A DNA stretch of 62,984 nucleotides, the filler included, from Asterionella formosa (lineage: Eukaryota): the NCBI GenBank assembly GCA_002256025.1. It is 23 parts of 23 records of this genome, joined end to end, with 100 filler letters (N's around TTAATTAATTAA, not from the genome) between each part and the next. Parts side by side here need not be neighbours in the genome. Positions count along the whole stretch, not along the records: positions 46,685 to 49,321 come from NKIB01015013.1; positions 49,422 to 52,056 come from NKIB01015015.1; positions 52,157 to 54,790 come from NKIB01015016.1; positions 54,891 to 57,522 come from NKIB01015017.1; positions 57,623 to 60,253 come from NKIB01015019.1; 18 more parts are not named here. The stretch is one strand, 5' to 3'. The notes under the pieces are model-generated. The model had not been told where the DNA came from, did no database searches, and saw nothing but the letters and a program-made list of their open reading frames with translations. Of the stretch, positions 47,975-60,353 are shown in pieces (positions within the stretch are counted from its first letter, which is position 1; each line of letters opens with the position of its first letter). Made by a program: the position numbers and the translations under genes.

Positions 47975-48676
47975 ATGGCACCAAATAAGAAATCCCTCGC
48001 TCAACTGGTTGAGACACTCTCAAGCCATGATCTTACTAGTATGATCAAGTCGAAGTACCTTCCATTGACCCATGCCAAGGCGCAAGACACTTTGTCGGCT
48101 GTTGTGCAGACAGAGAAACCTACTTTAGCCACGCAAGAATCAGATGACTACTGGAACTGGACCGCGCCAGTAGAGATGGACGTTCCTCTATCATTGGAAG
48201 AAGCAACTCGACTGACAGCAGAAGAAACGATTGCCTATTGGGACGAACCGATGACGCAGTCCACGTCGGACTGTTACTGGGACTGGTCCGTTTCACCACA
48301 TGCTCACGTGTTGACTGCATCTCATGTGGAATCCAACCTTTTGTCCTTTGTTGCCCCGGTGGATGTGGTTCGTATGGTACACGCTTCTGATTCGGGTGTT
48401 TACTGGGATGTGACATCTGCTAAAGACAAGGAATCTAAATTGGTGCATTCCGTTGTGGAATCGACGGACTACTGGTACACTCCCAATACAACCACACAAG
48501 TCCAGGCCGCCATTTTGACTCGCATCCTTCAGGATGAGAACATTCGGCATTTGTTAAGTGCTGAGCATTTGGAGGAGCAATTGCAACAATGTGCCTCGGA
48601 TGCTTATTGGCAATGGGATGCCCCTAACTCTCTCACTGCAGTTTCCATGGGACCCGTTGACTATTGGGATATGTAA
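47975..48676 (+). CDS. Acidic hypothetical protein with seven dispersed (D/A)YW(x)W-type motifs
   Basis: Intact ATG-TAA ORF of 233 aa with coding-like codon use; motifs DYWNW, AYWDE, CYWDW, VYWDV, DYWYT, AYWQW, DYWDM*. Confidence 0.8.
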   Translation: MAPNKKSLAQLVETLSSHDLTSMIKSKYLPLTHAKAQDTLSAVVQTEKPTLATQESDDYWNWTAPVEMDVPLSLEEATRLTAEETIAYWDEPMTQSTSDCYWDWSVSPHAHVLTASHVESNLLSFVAPVDVVRMVHASDSGVYWDVTSAKDKESKLVHSVVESTDYWYTPNTTTQVQAAILTRILQDENIRHLLSAEHLEEQLQQCASDAYWQWDAPNSLTAVSMGPVDYWDM

Positions 48677-50925
48677 ATATTACCCTTGCTGCATTGTAAT
48701 ATTACTATTTAAAAAAAACTTGCTATAGAGAGGCAAACCTCTTCAGCTAGCTAGGCCTTTGTGACAATACAATGATTCTTGGTCAATTTTATTTAGGTGC
48801 CGAGATGTTTGCTTCGAGGTTCAGTGAACGAGTTTTTTCACTTCATGTTTATGAAGTCCTATCTGTCATGAAAATTGCCTTTGTGACTTATCAAGCCAAG
48901 ACATTAGGGTGACTCCACCTTTATATGAAAATACACTCATATATCAAGCAACCATACGTTGGGATTTTCGACTCAACTCCTGCTGCAGATACGATTGTTT
49001 CAAGATACAACTGGTAGGTGAAATATGGGGGTTTGCTGGTTGACAATTGCTAGATTTTTTACTACCATCATTTGGTCGTATCAGGTTTAATCTCGACTTG
49101 TGTATTTCGGTTGCCTGTTACTAGAACCAAATTGTTATGCAATCTGAACTTGCTATGTGAACCTTTCACCATACTAAGGGCTGTTCTTATCATTTTTCAT
49201 TGTGTATCACTTCATTTGAAATTTTTTGAAAATGTATCAGCAATGGTAACTCGATTTGAACTGAATTCCATCCATCCCAAACATGAAATTGTATTTCTAA
49301 TTTGTATCACAGCAGTGTATCNNNNNNNNNNNNNNNNNNNNNNNNNNNNNNNNNNNNNNNNNNNNTTAATTAATTAANNNNNNNNNNNNNNNNNNNNNNN
49401 NNNNNNNNNNNNNNNNNNNNNCTAACATCAAATTGTACTTGTAGTGTACCAGGGAGTACCAGGTACTGGTACTGTCGGAAGCAAACCATCGGTAATCAAA
49501 TGTAAACCAGGTATGGTACCAGTACCGGTACATAGCCTACTTGATGAGTACCAGGTACCCGGCATTCCAATCATGTTTTAAACCTCGTACTGTCGGGTCC
49601 TAATTCGTAAATCATGTAGAATGGATGCCCATCAACCACAACTCCTTCTACAGCTGTAGCCATGATTGATCTACCGGTATGCCACTTTTCCGACTGAATT
49701 CCTGAACGACTACCGGTACCGATGCCGTTATTTTAAATGACATACCGTAGACTACCGGTATGTTCACATAAATACTGTATATACCAATTCCGAAATATAT
49801 GTATTGAAAACATTAAGAACTGTGCGTGAGCGCCCGGTTGATAATTCTATTTATGTTCGTACCCTGGTGCTCGGGCGGAGTAACACACTATTCATATGTA
49901 TAAAACGATTGTGATGCCTGATTCGTCACCATGAACAAAAGGAGCCACCTTGACATCAGCAGAAACGCATCAAACCGTACTACCTGGTACCTGGTACCAG
50001 GTGCCTACCCTAGTACCTCATAATTATAATATGAATAGAATAGTTGTTGTTCGGTATACTTGCAACGGTTGTTACACCTACCGGTACATGGACCACAAGG
50101 CCGGATGTTTAAGAGTTACAATCATCAAAACGAGCATACCGTCGTTTTCTTCCTCCTTCACATTATCTCCACTTTCGGGGTTACGCATTCCATATTTGAA
50201 CGCAAGTTGCCATTGTTCTACTATTATATCGTACTTTGTACTAATGTCGAGAATAGATGGTTCGAAGAAAAATGGGTCCTCTTTCTTGCATCTGCATTTT
50301 GCTCGAGATAGCCATTGGTGAAAATCGAAAAAGCCCAAAAACAATTTTTTTATCAAGCGTAGTTGCCAATTTTAATCTTTCTATATATATTATATACTTT
50401 TCTGCAGCTTAGAGCAAGCCGCACAATGGAGCAATTGCGGCGGAGATAATCATAGGAGTCACAATGGCCCCGGATAAATCTGAATTATCCATGAAATTGT
50501 TATTGGACAGAGGGAGTACCTGGTACCAGGTACCGGGTAAACTTACCGGTACCCATGGGGCAATTATTTAATTTTATTTATACAGTAGTCTACGTCCATA
50601 CCGGTATTACCGGTAGTCTATGGACAAGTCCATATCTTATTAGAGAGAAGAGAGACAACACACATGCATACATAGCACTACATATAGTACGCACCACATA
50701 CATCCCGTTAAACATGTTAAACGCCTTGGTGGTACCTCGATCCCCAAGCAATTTCACGGCTGCATCATAGAAGCAAGTAGTTGAAGACTTGATTTGCCGA
50801 GCATCCCCCACCAGCAGAGGTAATGCACGAGCAAAGGGCTCGACTATCATAACATTTTCAACCTGCCTCTCATCAACCCCAAACGATCGAAAATCGAAAA
50901 CTATTCTTGGGAATCAATTTCATGT

Positions 50926-51162
50926 ATGGACAGCTACATGCGTAAAATGAACCAAAGGACGAGGAAATCTCCAGGTATAACTTGGCGAATCTTATTTATC
51001 GTTCTCGTTACGATCCAAATTTACTTGGACTATGTTTTGATTGCACTTCACAGCAGGCGATGGAAGCTTCAGAAAGCACAAGCCAAAATGGAGGAAACAG
51101 TGCTTGGAATTTTGGAGAGGCAGAAACGAAAAAATAAAGGATTCGACCCTGAAACTGAGTAA
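50926..51162 (+). CDS. Small single-TM hypothetical protein
   Basis: 78-aa ATG ORF with one hydrophobic helix and a charged coiled tail. Confidence 0.4.
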   Translation: MDSYMRKMNQRTRKSPGITWRILFIVLVTIQIYLDYVLIALHSRRWKLQKAQAKMEETVLGILERQKRKNKGFDPETE

Positions 51163-51778
51163 ACCAATTTAAACGGAGCGTCGTTCCTGTTCGTTTGTTC
51201 GAACTAATTCTACTCGAAACGAAGACCTCACGACGAAGATTAGCGAAGAAGGTAATTGGAACAATTTTCGAGTCACCATATGTAATCCTTTTGCAAATAT
51301 TCCCCGTGTGGCGGTACTCCAGACTTTCTGGAAATAATTCCAATTGATACTCCTAGGTGCACATTTAATGACCTTTACAGTGCCCGAAAGTCGATTTTCT
51401 GATTCCAGGCAACTGCATTGTGGCTGTTCCCTATTGAAATATGCTGTACAAGAAAATCTGTTCTATTATGACCAGATGACTTGAACAATGGATGATCCAA
51501 CTACTGTCAAATTATTGTTCAATATCGCTTCCACGTTTGAGAAGGCACCGTCGCAATTAAAACCAACATAGAGATCATATATTGTTCCAAATCGTTTTAG
51601 ATCTTCACTAAATGCGTCTGGGATTATGCATAGTATTGTTAAGAAAGCCTTAGAAATTTTGGTTGAGTTGTGACTCTTTGATCTTTTCGATTTGCAATGA
51701 CGTGAGGGGAAGCGTCGGGCAGCTCGATCTTACAACTAGCGGAAGAAAATGCTATGAAAATAATAATTACGTAGCAAG

Positions 51779-52056
51779 TTAAAAGTCAACCCCCTTCCTA
51801 TTCGCCTTTTTCCCGGAAATCATTCGCTTGTTATCCTTATTTTTTTCTTTTGCCTCCACACTCACCCCAGTTCGAATCTTTCGAATTTTTGGCCTTGGCC
51901 AAGCACTCAGAATAATAGATTTGAGCTTCGCAAAAGCATCCTTACGATTTCCTATTTGAGTTCTATGCTCCTGCGACGACAACGAAAATATGCCTTCCTT
52001 GCTTACCCGACTGGGTTGTTGCTCTTTAATGCGCTCGCAGACTTCCTTCGGCAGCC
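51779..52056 (-). CDS. ICT1: ICT1/ArfB-like peptidyl-tRNA hydrolase (release-factor family), C-terminal part
   Basis: LP.EV..R.......R.SKEG.....SQE.RTQ..NR.DA..KL...I..A..RPK.RK, followed by a basic tail KR..S.KK..R; the GGQ region lies beyond the contig edge. Confidence 0.85.
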
Positions 52057-52294
52057 NNNNNNNNNNNNNNNNNNNNNNNNNNNNNNNNNNNNNNNNNNNN
52101 TTAATTAATTAANNNNNNNNNNNNNNNNNNNNNNNNNNNNNNNNNNNNNNNNNNNNAATAAATAAACAAAATGAATGTTTAGTATTAGGCATGATAATTG
52201 AGAAATAAAAATACAAAAATGAGAATAGCCAAAGCGCGTCAATCAGTGATGCTCTGGACTACGAATAAAATTCGAAAATGGTTGACCCTGCCCA

Positions 52295-53110
52295 TTACCA
52301 CGCTTCGTCTCCTTGACGATTTGCTTCGTGAAGGGCCGTCTTTAAGCCAAATTTACGTTCCAATAGCGGCTTAACATCTGGCTCGTCTTCCAATTCTCGT
52401 AACAAATCCAAGACAGCCAACAGTGTTTTGTCGGAATCATCACTGTAATAGGACTGCACCAAAATGCCATTTTCTGGATTGGCCAAAAAGGAAAGTGGAT
52501 TATTGTCCACTAACACCACCCGATCCAGATTCGGCTTGTTCAAAATATTCAAATCTTTGACATAGGCGTTGTCTCGAAAGACGCACGACTCTCGGTACCA
52601 TCGACCTGCCAGCTGATCGGACGGATCCAAGTAATCCAACACGGGCTTGGCATACACAGACATGGCAGCCGTGAAGATGTGTGTTTCGTAACGCTGTGTG
52701 ACTTGTTCTAGAAAGTCTGTCAAGAAGGGACGCGGATGAACGTGCACAACGTCACCATCCGGGAGTGTAATGTGGAATGAGTCGACATTACGCTTGTTGT
52801 TCCATTCCTTGTTGACGTCTGCAACTTGATACGCAAGTTTCGACGCCTGATGCGATAGGAATCGCGAATGCAGTAAACACTCGTCCATATCCAGGACTAC
52901 CACGAGATCGGATTCATAGCGCGGTTCCACTTGTGGTGCTAATGACGCTGTCGCTCGTTGCCCCACCAAGAGGTTCCTGGGCGACGATGTTGCTATTGAA
53001 GTTGTGGTCCGCAACAGTTGTTGTCGTCCAATGGCACTATGCTTCTGTGCGCATATCCTGCTGACACGCAGTACAGTCCCGTAATTCATGATCATCATGG
53101 TGGATTTCAT
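52295..53110 (-). CDS. FCP1/SCP (NIF) HAD-family phosphatase with a mitochondrial-type presequence
   Basis: VVLDMDECLLHS, RPFL..FL, E..IFTA....YA.PVLD.LDP, YRESC, YVKDL, VVLVDNNP.SF..NP.NGI; Arg/Ser/Thr-rich N-terminus with no acidic residues. Confidence 0.92.
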   Translation of the reverse strand: MKSTMMIMNYGTVLRVSRICAQKHSAIGRQQLLRTTTSIATSSPRNLLVGQRATASLAPQVEPRYESDLVVVLDMDECLLHSRFLSHQASKLAYQVADVNKEWNNKRNVDSFHITLPDGDVVHVHPRPFLTDFLEQVTQRYETHIFTAAMSVYAKPVLDYLDPSDQLAGRWYRESCVFRDNAYVKDLNILNKPNLDRVVLVDNNPLSFLANPENGILVQSYYSDDSDKTLLAVLDLLRELEDEPDVKPLLERKFGLKTALHEANRQGDEAW

Positions 53111-54890
53111 GGCAAGGAAATGAAGTAACTAAATTAGCGTTCTCGTATCTGATCAACGGGCAGCAAAAACAGAAATAACGGCAACTGTTTTGAGAATATG
53201 TCCTGTAAGTTTTCGACTTCTATATTGGCTTCGTCCCTGCGTCTTCTTGCTCCTCGCTGATGACGAATAGCTTAGATTGTCTGTCTGGATGATTCCTTTG
53301 CAATGTGGGGAACAGTGTTTTCTCACAGGGTGATAGTGGATTCACTGATGATTTGTGTTGTTCTGTCCTTGCGTTTATTTAATGCACTCTCCACTCGCTT
53401 CAGTTGACTCTGGTTGCATGGCTACGGCACGGAGTACGACGTCCAGGTACCACCTCGATACACCAGAGTAGTACATTTTTGTTCAAAATCGTTCATGTAC
53501 GACAGCTGAGCGATGCATACATAGAGCAACATTCGGATTCGATACTCCATAGAAACAAACAGCATGAAGTCTACAGGATGCACCTACAGTACTATTATAT
53601 ACTGAGTACCGGTAAATGTATCAGCTTTTTTAACACTGTTCAACATGATTGTATCCTCGTCGGTGCATGTACCGGTATGTAGGAAACTGATCTAGGGATC
53701 GCCGAGTCTTGTACATAGGATCAGTGCTGCTGAGCCACTAGGAATCGGATAAAACATCAGTTGGCGTCACCAAATCAAACGATGATTGGTCCACAAACAA
53801 GAATGCAAGTTCAAAAATGTTCGAATTTAACGTCTGTGACAGTTACGACCTGCACACTATCGGTATGTGTTGTCAAATCATTCCAGGCAGGAGGACAACA
53901 GAGGTATGATGTGCACGTAGCTACGCATGTCCTCATTTCGAAGCTACTGCATAATTCAGTGTCTTTGAGTGGTTCCCTGTGTTCCCTGCTACCTTTGAAC
54001 TTCATCTTCGAATTTTTCGGCTAGACTGACTTAGCTCCCATGGTCGCTATCTCAATCTCAGCCGACCGTAAGTCTGTTCCTTCTGGGTTTCGAGTGCGCG
54101 CTTTGTGCACACTTCCTCTTTTTTCCCTCCTCTATTATAAAAAAATGATTATCTCGAAGGATGTAGCACCTGGTACTTGGTCCCTGCTACTGGAATCTGG
54201 TACCAGGAATCCACTAAGGCCATTGCTAAAGGTGGACCAAAATGCCAACCAATCAGTGTTTTGTTTTTGGCAACCCCAAAAAACGATGCTACCAGGAGTG
54301 AAAAACCCAATGCAAACGATTCCGTGCCCATATCCCAATAAGTTACCCAGATGCCTTATGTTTAGGTTTTTTTCCAAAGTTACCTAAATGTTGGATTCCA
54401 TATTGACTACTTTGAATGTAGTCACTAGAAACCCAGTTATTATCATTGTAGAATCACTACATATAGGATGCATCATATGTGATATATATAACAACAAAAG
54501 CTATACTGTACTCTGGCAAAAGGGTACTCCTTCTGTCCAACATCATTTGCATCGATAATTCAAATTTATCCGGGACCATTTTGACTCCTACGATTTTCTC
54601 CGGCTCAATCGCCCTATTGTGCGGCTTGCTCTAAGCTACAGAATTATGTATATATTATGTAAAGAAAGATTAAAATTGGCAACTACGTTTCAAAAAACGT
54701 TTTGGGGATTTTTCGATTTTCACTTGTAGCTACTATCTCGAGCAAAATACAGATTCGGAGGACCCATTTTTCTTCGAACCATCTATTCTCNNNNNNNNNN
54801 NNNNNNNNNNNNNNNNNNNNNNNNNNNNNNNNNNTTAATTAATTAANNNNNNNNNNNNNNNNNNNNNNNNNNNNNNNNNNNNNNNNNNNN

Positions 54891-57522
54891 ACCAAAACAC
54901 TGTTTGCTTTGCGTTTTGGTCCACCGTTAGCAACAGCCTTGGTTTCAGTTGAAAAAGACAAAAAGGGAGTCACACTGGCAGTCACAGCTAGTCTTCTTTC
55001 TTCACAACTTCTCCCACCATTCATCATTGATACTGGATCATTTGGAGCAGATCTGATGACCTCTTGGAGCAACTACACAAAGTCAACAGTTATTTTCAAC
55101 AAATCAAATTTATGACTCAATAATCTATTTTAATTGGAAGAGACAAGAGAAGTGACACAGTAGAGTGTGTGATAGACCTACCACAGCTATGACAGGTACA
55201 ATATATTTCACCCACTGCCTGGTTACCTTGATAGTAATTCTGGTTTCTTTAACAATAGTAAATGAATGCTGACAATCAAAGTATATCTCCACTTCAAATT
55301 TTACCAGGTTGCTTAGACAAGTCGTGAGGTTGCTTGAGGCCCCTGCTTGTTTACTGAGTTGTTTAATATAAACAATTCTGGGACAGCTCTCTTTTAATTC
55401 AGCATCGATAGTACGAAGAATCTTCATTATTTGTGGCATTTAAGCTTTCAAATAAGAGAACATGGCCTGGCCTTGTTGATTTAGTTGTGTCACTTCAGTT
55501 TTTAAATCTTGCACTCCAAGATTTATTTGTTTCACTTCAGTTGGCAAACCTTGCAAACCCTGAACTCCATGATTTATTTGTTTCACTTCAGTTGGCAGAC
55601 CTTGCACTCCACGATTTATTTGTTTCACTTCAGTTGCAATCACTTGCATTGAGGTTAAATTTTTTTTATTAATATCACCTTCTTCACCTTTACTAAAATT
55701 ATCAATTCAACAGTGATAGCCTTTTCCTGGATCTCTCTCAAGCTTACTAATAATATTCCCCCACCAATGATAGCGCTCGTTTGGATCCCTCTTCAGCAAT
55801 CCTTTAAGCAGAGTTTTCAAAAAAGTCCAGTCTTGAATTTTTGGCAAAAATGTTTCAACCTTTTCTTCACAAACTTGGTCACTCCAATCTTATATTTTCT
55901 TAAGCTCATCCAGCAATACTTCTTCACGCGTATCCACTTCAAAAAGTTGACGACCAGTGCAGAGATTATATAGAAGGGCTCCAAAGCACCACATGTCATA
56001 TTAGGGACTGGCTTTAACGACTACAGCACCCCTGCTCCTTCTTTTGCATCTGGTACTCAACAGCAGCCTGTTCGGGAAGCATGGGACTGGTTTAACTCCC
56101 TTTGCAGCAACCTGCTCTATTCGAATATGGTACTCAACAGTAGCCTGTTCGGGAGGCATGTATCCAGAGCTTGTTCGCTTCTGACCAGCATTTTCTTTGT
56201 CAATTAATGCCGCATTGTCAAGATCAATTGCAGCATATCCAACACCCTCGCTACCAGACACAAAATTTCGAGCCTTCACATCTCCGTGCATAACCTTACA
56301 CTCTTCATTTAGAAACTGAAGGCACTTTGCAATTTGGATTGCAATGAAACGCACCATGAAAATGGCTTTGCCTGCAATGTTTTTATGCGATATAACATCA
56401 CTGAGGTCATTCTTGTTCCCGCACTCCATGACTAGGAGATGATTGAATTCAATGTCTCCTTTTGCCATTTGACTGTCAGGTTAAGTTGAATCTCAATACC
56501 CAGATGAATTCATCCAACCCTTCCATGCTGTCAGTATATGCAGCCCTCACGGCAATTAAAAAAAATTCTGCACCATGAATGCTCATGATTTTTTTCCGCT
56601 TTGCCAATTCGCGCAGGAATGCAGGCCTTTCTGTAAAGAGCTTGAATGCTACACCGGTCAATTGCGTGGCCCCAGGTACAACGATCAATTCAGTGCCAAA
56701 CATAACCATACATGTACCTGAGAAATGCTTCTCCTCCTCAAATTGATATTTTCCAAGAAACCTTCCGTATTTATCACCCCACTCTTTGAGCTTGGGAAGC
56801 TTGGACAACTTTGCCCTATTGGCAACCTTTTGCCATGTCTCTTTTTTAACTGAAATGACGCTACTTTCGTTGCGCTATGATTATAAATGGAGATTTTTAG
56901 CTGATCCTATTCTTCGGACCCTCTCAGCTGTTCCTCTATCTGAAAGAATATATTGGCCGTATCAGCTGTTCCAAGATCCACCAAGATTTCCAAAACGGTC
57001 CAGTTAGTTATTGGTTCTTGATTCAAATCGAGGCATGGGAGAGTCCTGCTTCGATCAAATTCATTGGTGGCGAGCACCCAAAAGAAAAAGCCCAGCGGCT
57101 CTGGAACAAAGAAACTTCTCCGCCTCTCTGGAACTTTCTCAGCTTGGGGTGCGTTTAGCATGCACAATTGCTCAAAAGCCGCAAAACCTTATACCAAATT
57201 TCAATAGGATTTGACAGATCCTTTTGTACCTCATACTGTTTGGAAGACCGCTGGCCATCTCCAACATCAAGGGTTGCATATTTCTTTATCGATTGAAGGA
57301 GCCTCGAAACACAATATTCAAATGGATTATAGCTCGTTTCATTATCAAGAGTGTTAGTCGCATCTGGGTGTTTCTTGATCAAAATATGGACAACATCAAA
57401 ATCAGGATAATCTCCTAGTTGCAACGCGAGGAGAAGAGGTGACTGAGGTTTGGAGTGCCATAGTTTGCAACTGAATTTGGGTTGTCCTTTATGATTTGCT
57501 TGATCTCTGGAGCTTTTTCACC
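54891..57522 (-). pseudogene. Frameshifted multidomain Ser/Thr kinase gene (ankyrin-like - kinase - coiled repeat - COR-tail-like)
   Basis: SPLLLAL...V..L...PDA; VAFKL...F.REL..R; LVME; HGDVKARN; IDLD.A; SSGYMPPE; YDMW.FG.LLY; TEVKQIN repeats; CPR...YF.C.H...I.V...WV....P; at least four frame breaks or stops. Confidence 0.75.
55470..55645. repeat. 42/51-bp coding tandem repeat (TEVKQINxGVQxL)
   Basis: GATTTATTTGTTTCACTTCAGTT recurs at about 55520, 55571 and 55613. Confidence 0.85.
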
Positions 57523-57710
57523 NNNNNNNNNNNNNNNNNNNNNNNNNNNNNNNNNNNNNNNNNNNNTTAATTAATTAANNNNNNNNNNNNNNNNNNNNNN
57601 NNNNNNNNNNNNNNNNNNNNNNTAGCAATTTTGCTTATCGTGATGGCATATAAAAAAGCATTTGTGCAAAGGCCACCTCCCCTCCATTTCGAATTTGTAG
57701 AGTCCTTGTT

Positions 57711-57838
57711 ATTTTTGTTTTGTTCGTTCTCGTTATTATTGTTATTGTTATTGTTATTGTTATTGTTTTCGTTTTCGTTTTCGTTTTCAAAAATTGTTAT
57801 TGTTATTGTTATTGTTTTCGTTTTCGTTTTCGTTTTCT

Positions 57839-57870
<32 letters not shown>

Positions 57871-57903
57871 CTCGTTCTCGTTCTCATTCTCGTTCTCGTT
57901 GTC
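57711..57903. repeat. Compound hexamer microsatellite (TTATTG)n/(TTTTCG)n/(TTCTCG)n
   Basis: Read directly from the sequence. Confidence 0.95.
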
Positions 57904-58291
57904 ATGGTTGGTTTCATTGATAGATATTTGATAAACAATTGCAACATGAGACATTTTGTCCTCCCTTCTCAACGGTTATTATATATTTCTTCCTTGGTCA
58001 GGATGAGCAATATAGATTGATTCTGAACAATTGACTCTGATACCTCCCTCCTCCGTAGGGCTCCAATCAAAGAAGCAATAAAGCTAAATCAAAAATAACC
58101 ATGGCAACTTTGATTGTACAACAACAAGTAAAGACTAATGATCAAGAAAGTATGATGAAAGTGGCAAGAGTTGTGTGTGTGAGAGAGAGAAAAGGATGAC
58201 GGCCTAGATAGTCATGGATTCTTGTGAATATGAATTTTGTATAAACGGAATCGTGCAACAAAGAATGCGACTTTCTTGAAAATGTATTTTA

Positions 58292-58455
58292 CCGTTATTC
58301 TGGCTGTCATGCCAAAATCTACAATTTAAATGCCGAAAAAATCGTTATGACTTATAATACCCCTAAATAGAAATTACTTAACAAATTACTTAGAGCCTAA
58401 AAAATACTTAGAAGTACCCGAATGGCAAGACGATAGCTGGAGTAGGAATTGCTGG
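58292..58455. mobile_element. MITE-like element, copy 3
   Basis: TA-CCGTTATTCTGGCTGTCA...AGAAGTACCCGAATGGCAAGACGATAGCTGGAGTAGGAATTGCTGG. Confidence 0.75.
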
Positions 58456-58477
58456 TCCAAGACGTTTGCGAAATGCA

Positions 58478-58705
58478 TCATCATCAGACTTCTACCGGGC
58501 ACTTACGCTGTTTTTCGTAGAAATGTTCGGACAGTAGGCCGGTTTTTCAGCCGATGTCTGAACTTCCGTTCATTCCCATTTCATAATTTAACACGGTATA
58601 TCTAGTACTACTATGTTGAACTCGGAGTGAAGTTTGATCATTTGAGGGAAATACCGGACGAATGGCCGTTTTTTCTGGTGGCTGTTTTCTCTTGGCATTT
58701 TACAT
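58478..58705. repeat. ~228-bp dispersed repeat, probable Crypton terminal region (copy 2)
   Basis: Aligns with 31878-32106. Confidence 0.8.
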
Positions 58706-60353
58706 ATAAACCATCATGAATCTCTTGACAAATACATGCCACATACAATGAGGAGCAACAGCCTCACACTTGATTGCTACACTCACCATGATGATACCTC
58801 TGTTTGTCATCGTTTGATCTTCACCATCAACTCCTTGCTATAACTATGATCAACCAGCAATGCCATCCTCATTGAGTCTCAGATGTTCTTGGTGACAGGT
58901 AGTACCATTCGTTCCATGTTCCATGAGCTTGTTGGAAACTTGCAATTGATTTTCAGTGATGAAGGGAGAACGAATAGAAAGAAACACGACAAATGGTAAC
59001 AATACTAACAAGCAAGGCACTGAAGGTAATCCTTGCCCGTCAGCATAAATCCAATGCCCATGTCTGAACATGAAGAAGCGATTTGTCAGAATTGCCAAAA
59101 GCTTGCTGTGGTGAATTCTGTCTACAAGTTTCAACCAAAAAACAAGGAAAGGAGAAAGATATCTACAGGTTTCAACGAAAAGTACAAGAAGGATTTGATC
59201 CATTTCGAAGTAATTTAAAATGATGCAATTGATAAGAGAGTCTTGGAATTGAGAGGATTGATTTTCGTGGTGACAAGAGAGTGCCTTGCATCAATCAAGG
59301 ATACAAGATTGATGTTATGGGGAATGTGGGTCCTACTTTATTTGTTTGTTGAAACAGGAACATGTACCCACGCAAATTCATTTCTGAAATTGAGTGGGCT
59401 CAACATATTTGATGTACCAATATAATTTCTGTTTGTAAACATCTTTGGAGGAAGGAAAAAAGAAAGGCAACTAAATCTTGAATGCATTGCATTTTGGTCT
59501 CCACTAATGGCCATAAATACTTTAAAATAAATGTTGCGAAGTAGACAAAGAAAGATGAACCAAAGCAATGAACATACTTGTTCTCAACCACATATGATTC
59601 ATAATGCTGCTATATAATTGAACTTATTAATCCTTTCCACTTACTAATGTATGTTATTAATTATATTCTAGCATTAACTATCTTCCTTGGCAGTTTTGAG
59701 TTTCATCAAACTTGTCATGGTTCATTTCTTCTTCTCAGACCAAACGTCCTGTGCATTTTGCTTTGTAATTTCAAAATGTTTGCTTTGCCTTGCCTTGACA
59801 ACCAATGTTAAAATCGCTCAAAACTAAATTGGAATGAGTGCCCTCGAGGAACCATCATCTCATAGTTACAATTCTTGAAGCAGCAGTGAACAAGCAATCT
59901 ACAAGATCACATTAAGGAACAAAGATACGAGAATGTAAGTGATGGCCATTGCAATGGCCGTTGTGATGACCAAAAACAAGCAGTTTTGAGGGATAAATAT
60001 TTAAAAGGTGACCAGTCAATATTCTCAAGGCCTGCTTATCCCAATCCAATGGTTATTTGTCTAATCTTTGCACTTGGAATGTATTTATGTTTAAAGGCCA
60101 TCACCAAGACAAGAGATTTTGTCCCTTTTTTAACAGGTTTTGAGGATGAGCAGTGATGATGAGCTTCTCGATCCTTGGATGGCAAGAGTATACTCTGCAG
60201 TAGTAGACAAAATGGTTGTAAATTATGGTAACAATCAGCATTATATATGCCGCNNNNNNNNNNNNNNNNNNNNNNNNNNNNNNNNNNNNNNNNNNNNTTA
60301 ATTAATTAANNNNNNNNNNNNNNNNNNNNNNNNNNNNNNNNNNNNNNNNNNNN

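Noticed and set aside
57567..58020. ORFs with TK/EN/FV/FR dipeptide runs
   Set aside because: Microsatellite translations
58455..58495. Second hammerhead on the minus strand (CTGATGA...GCAAACGTC)
   Set aside because: The GAAA core is broken, stems I and II do not form, and the homologous copy at 31878 lacks the downstream part
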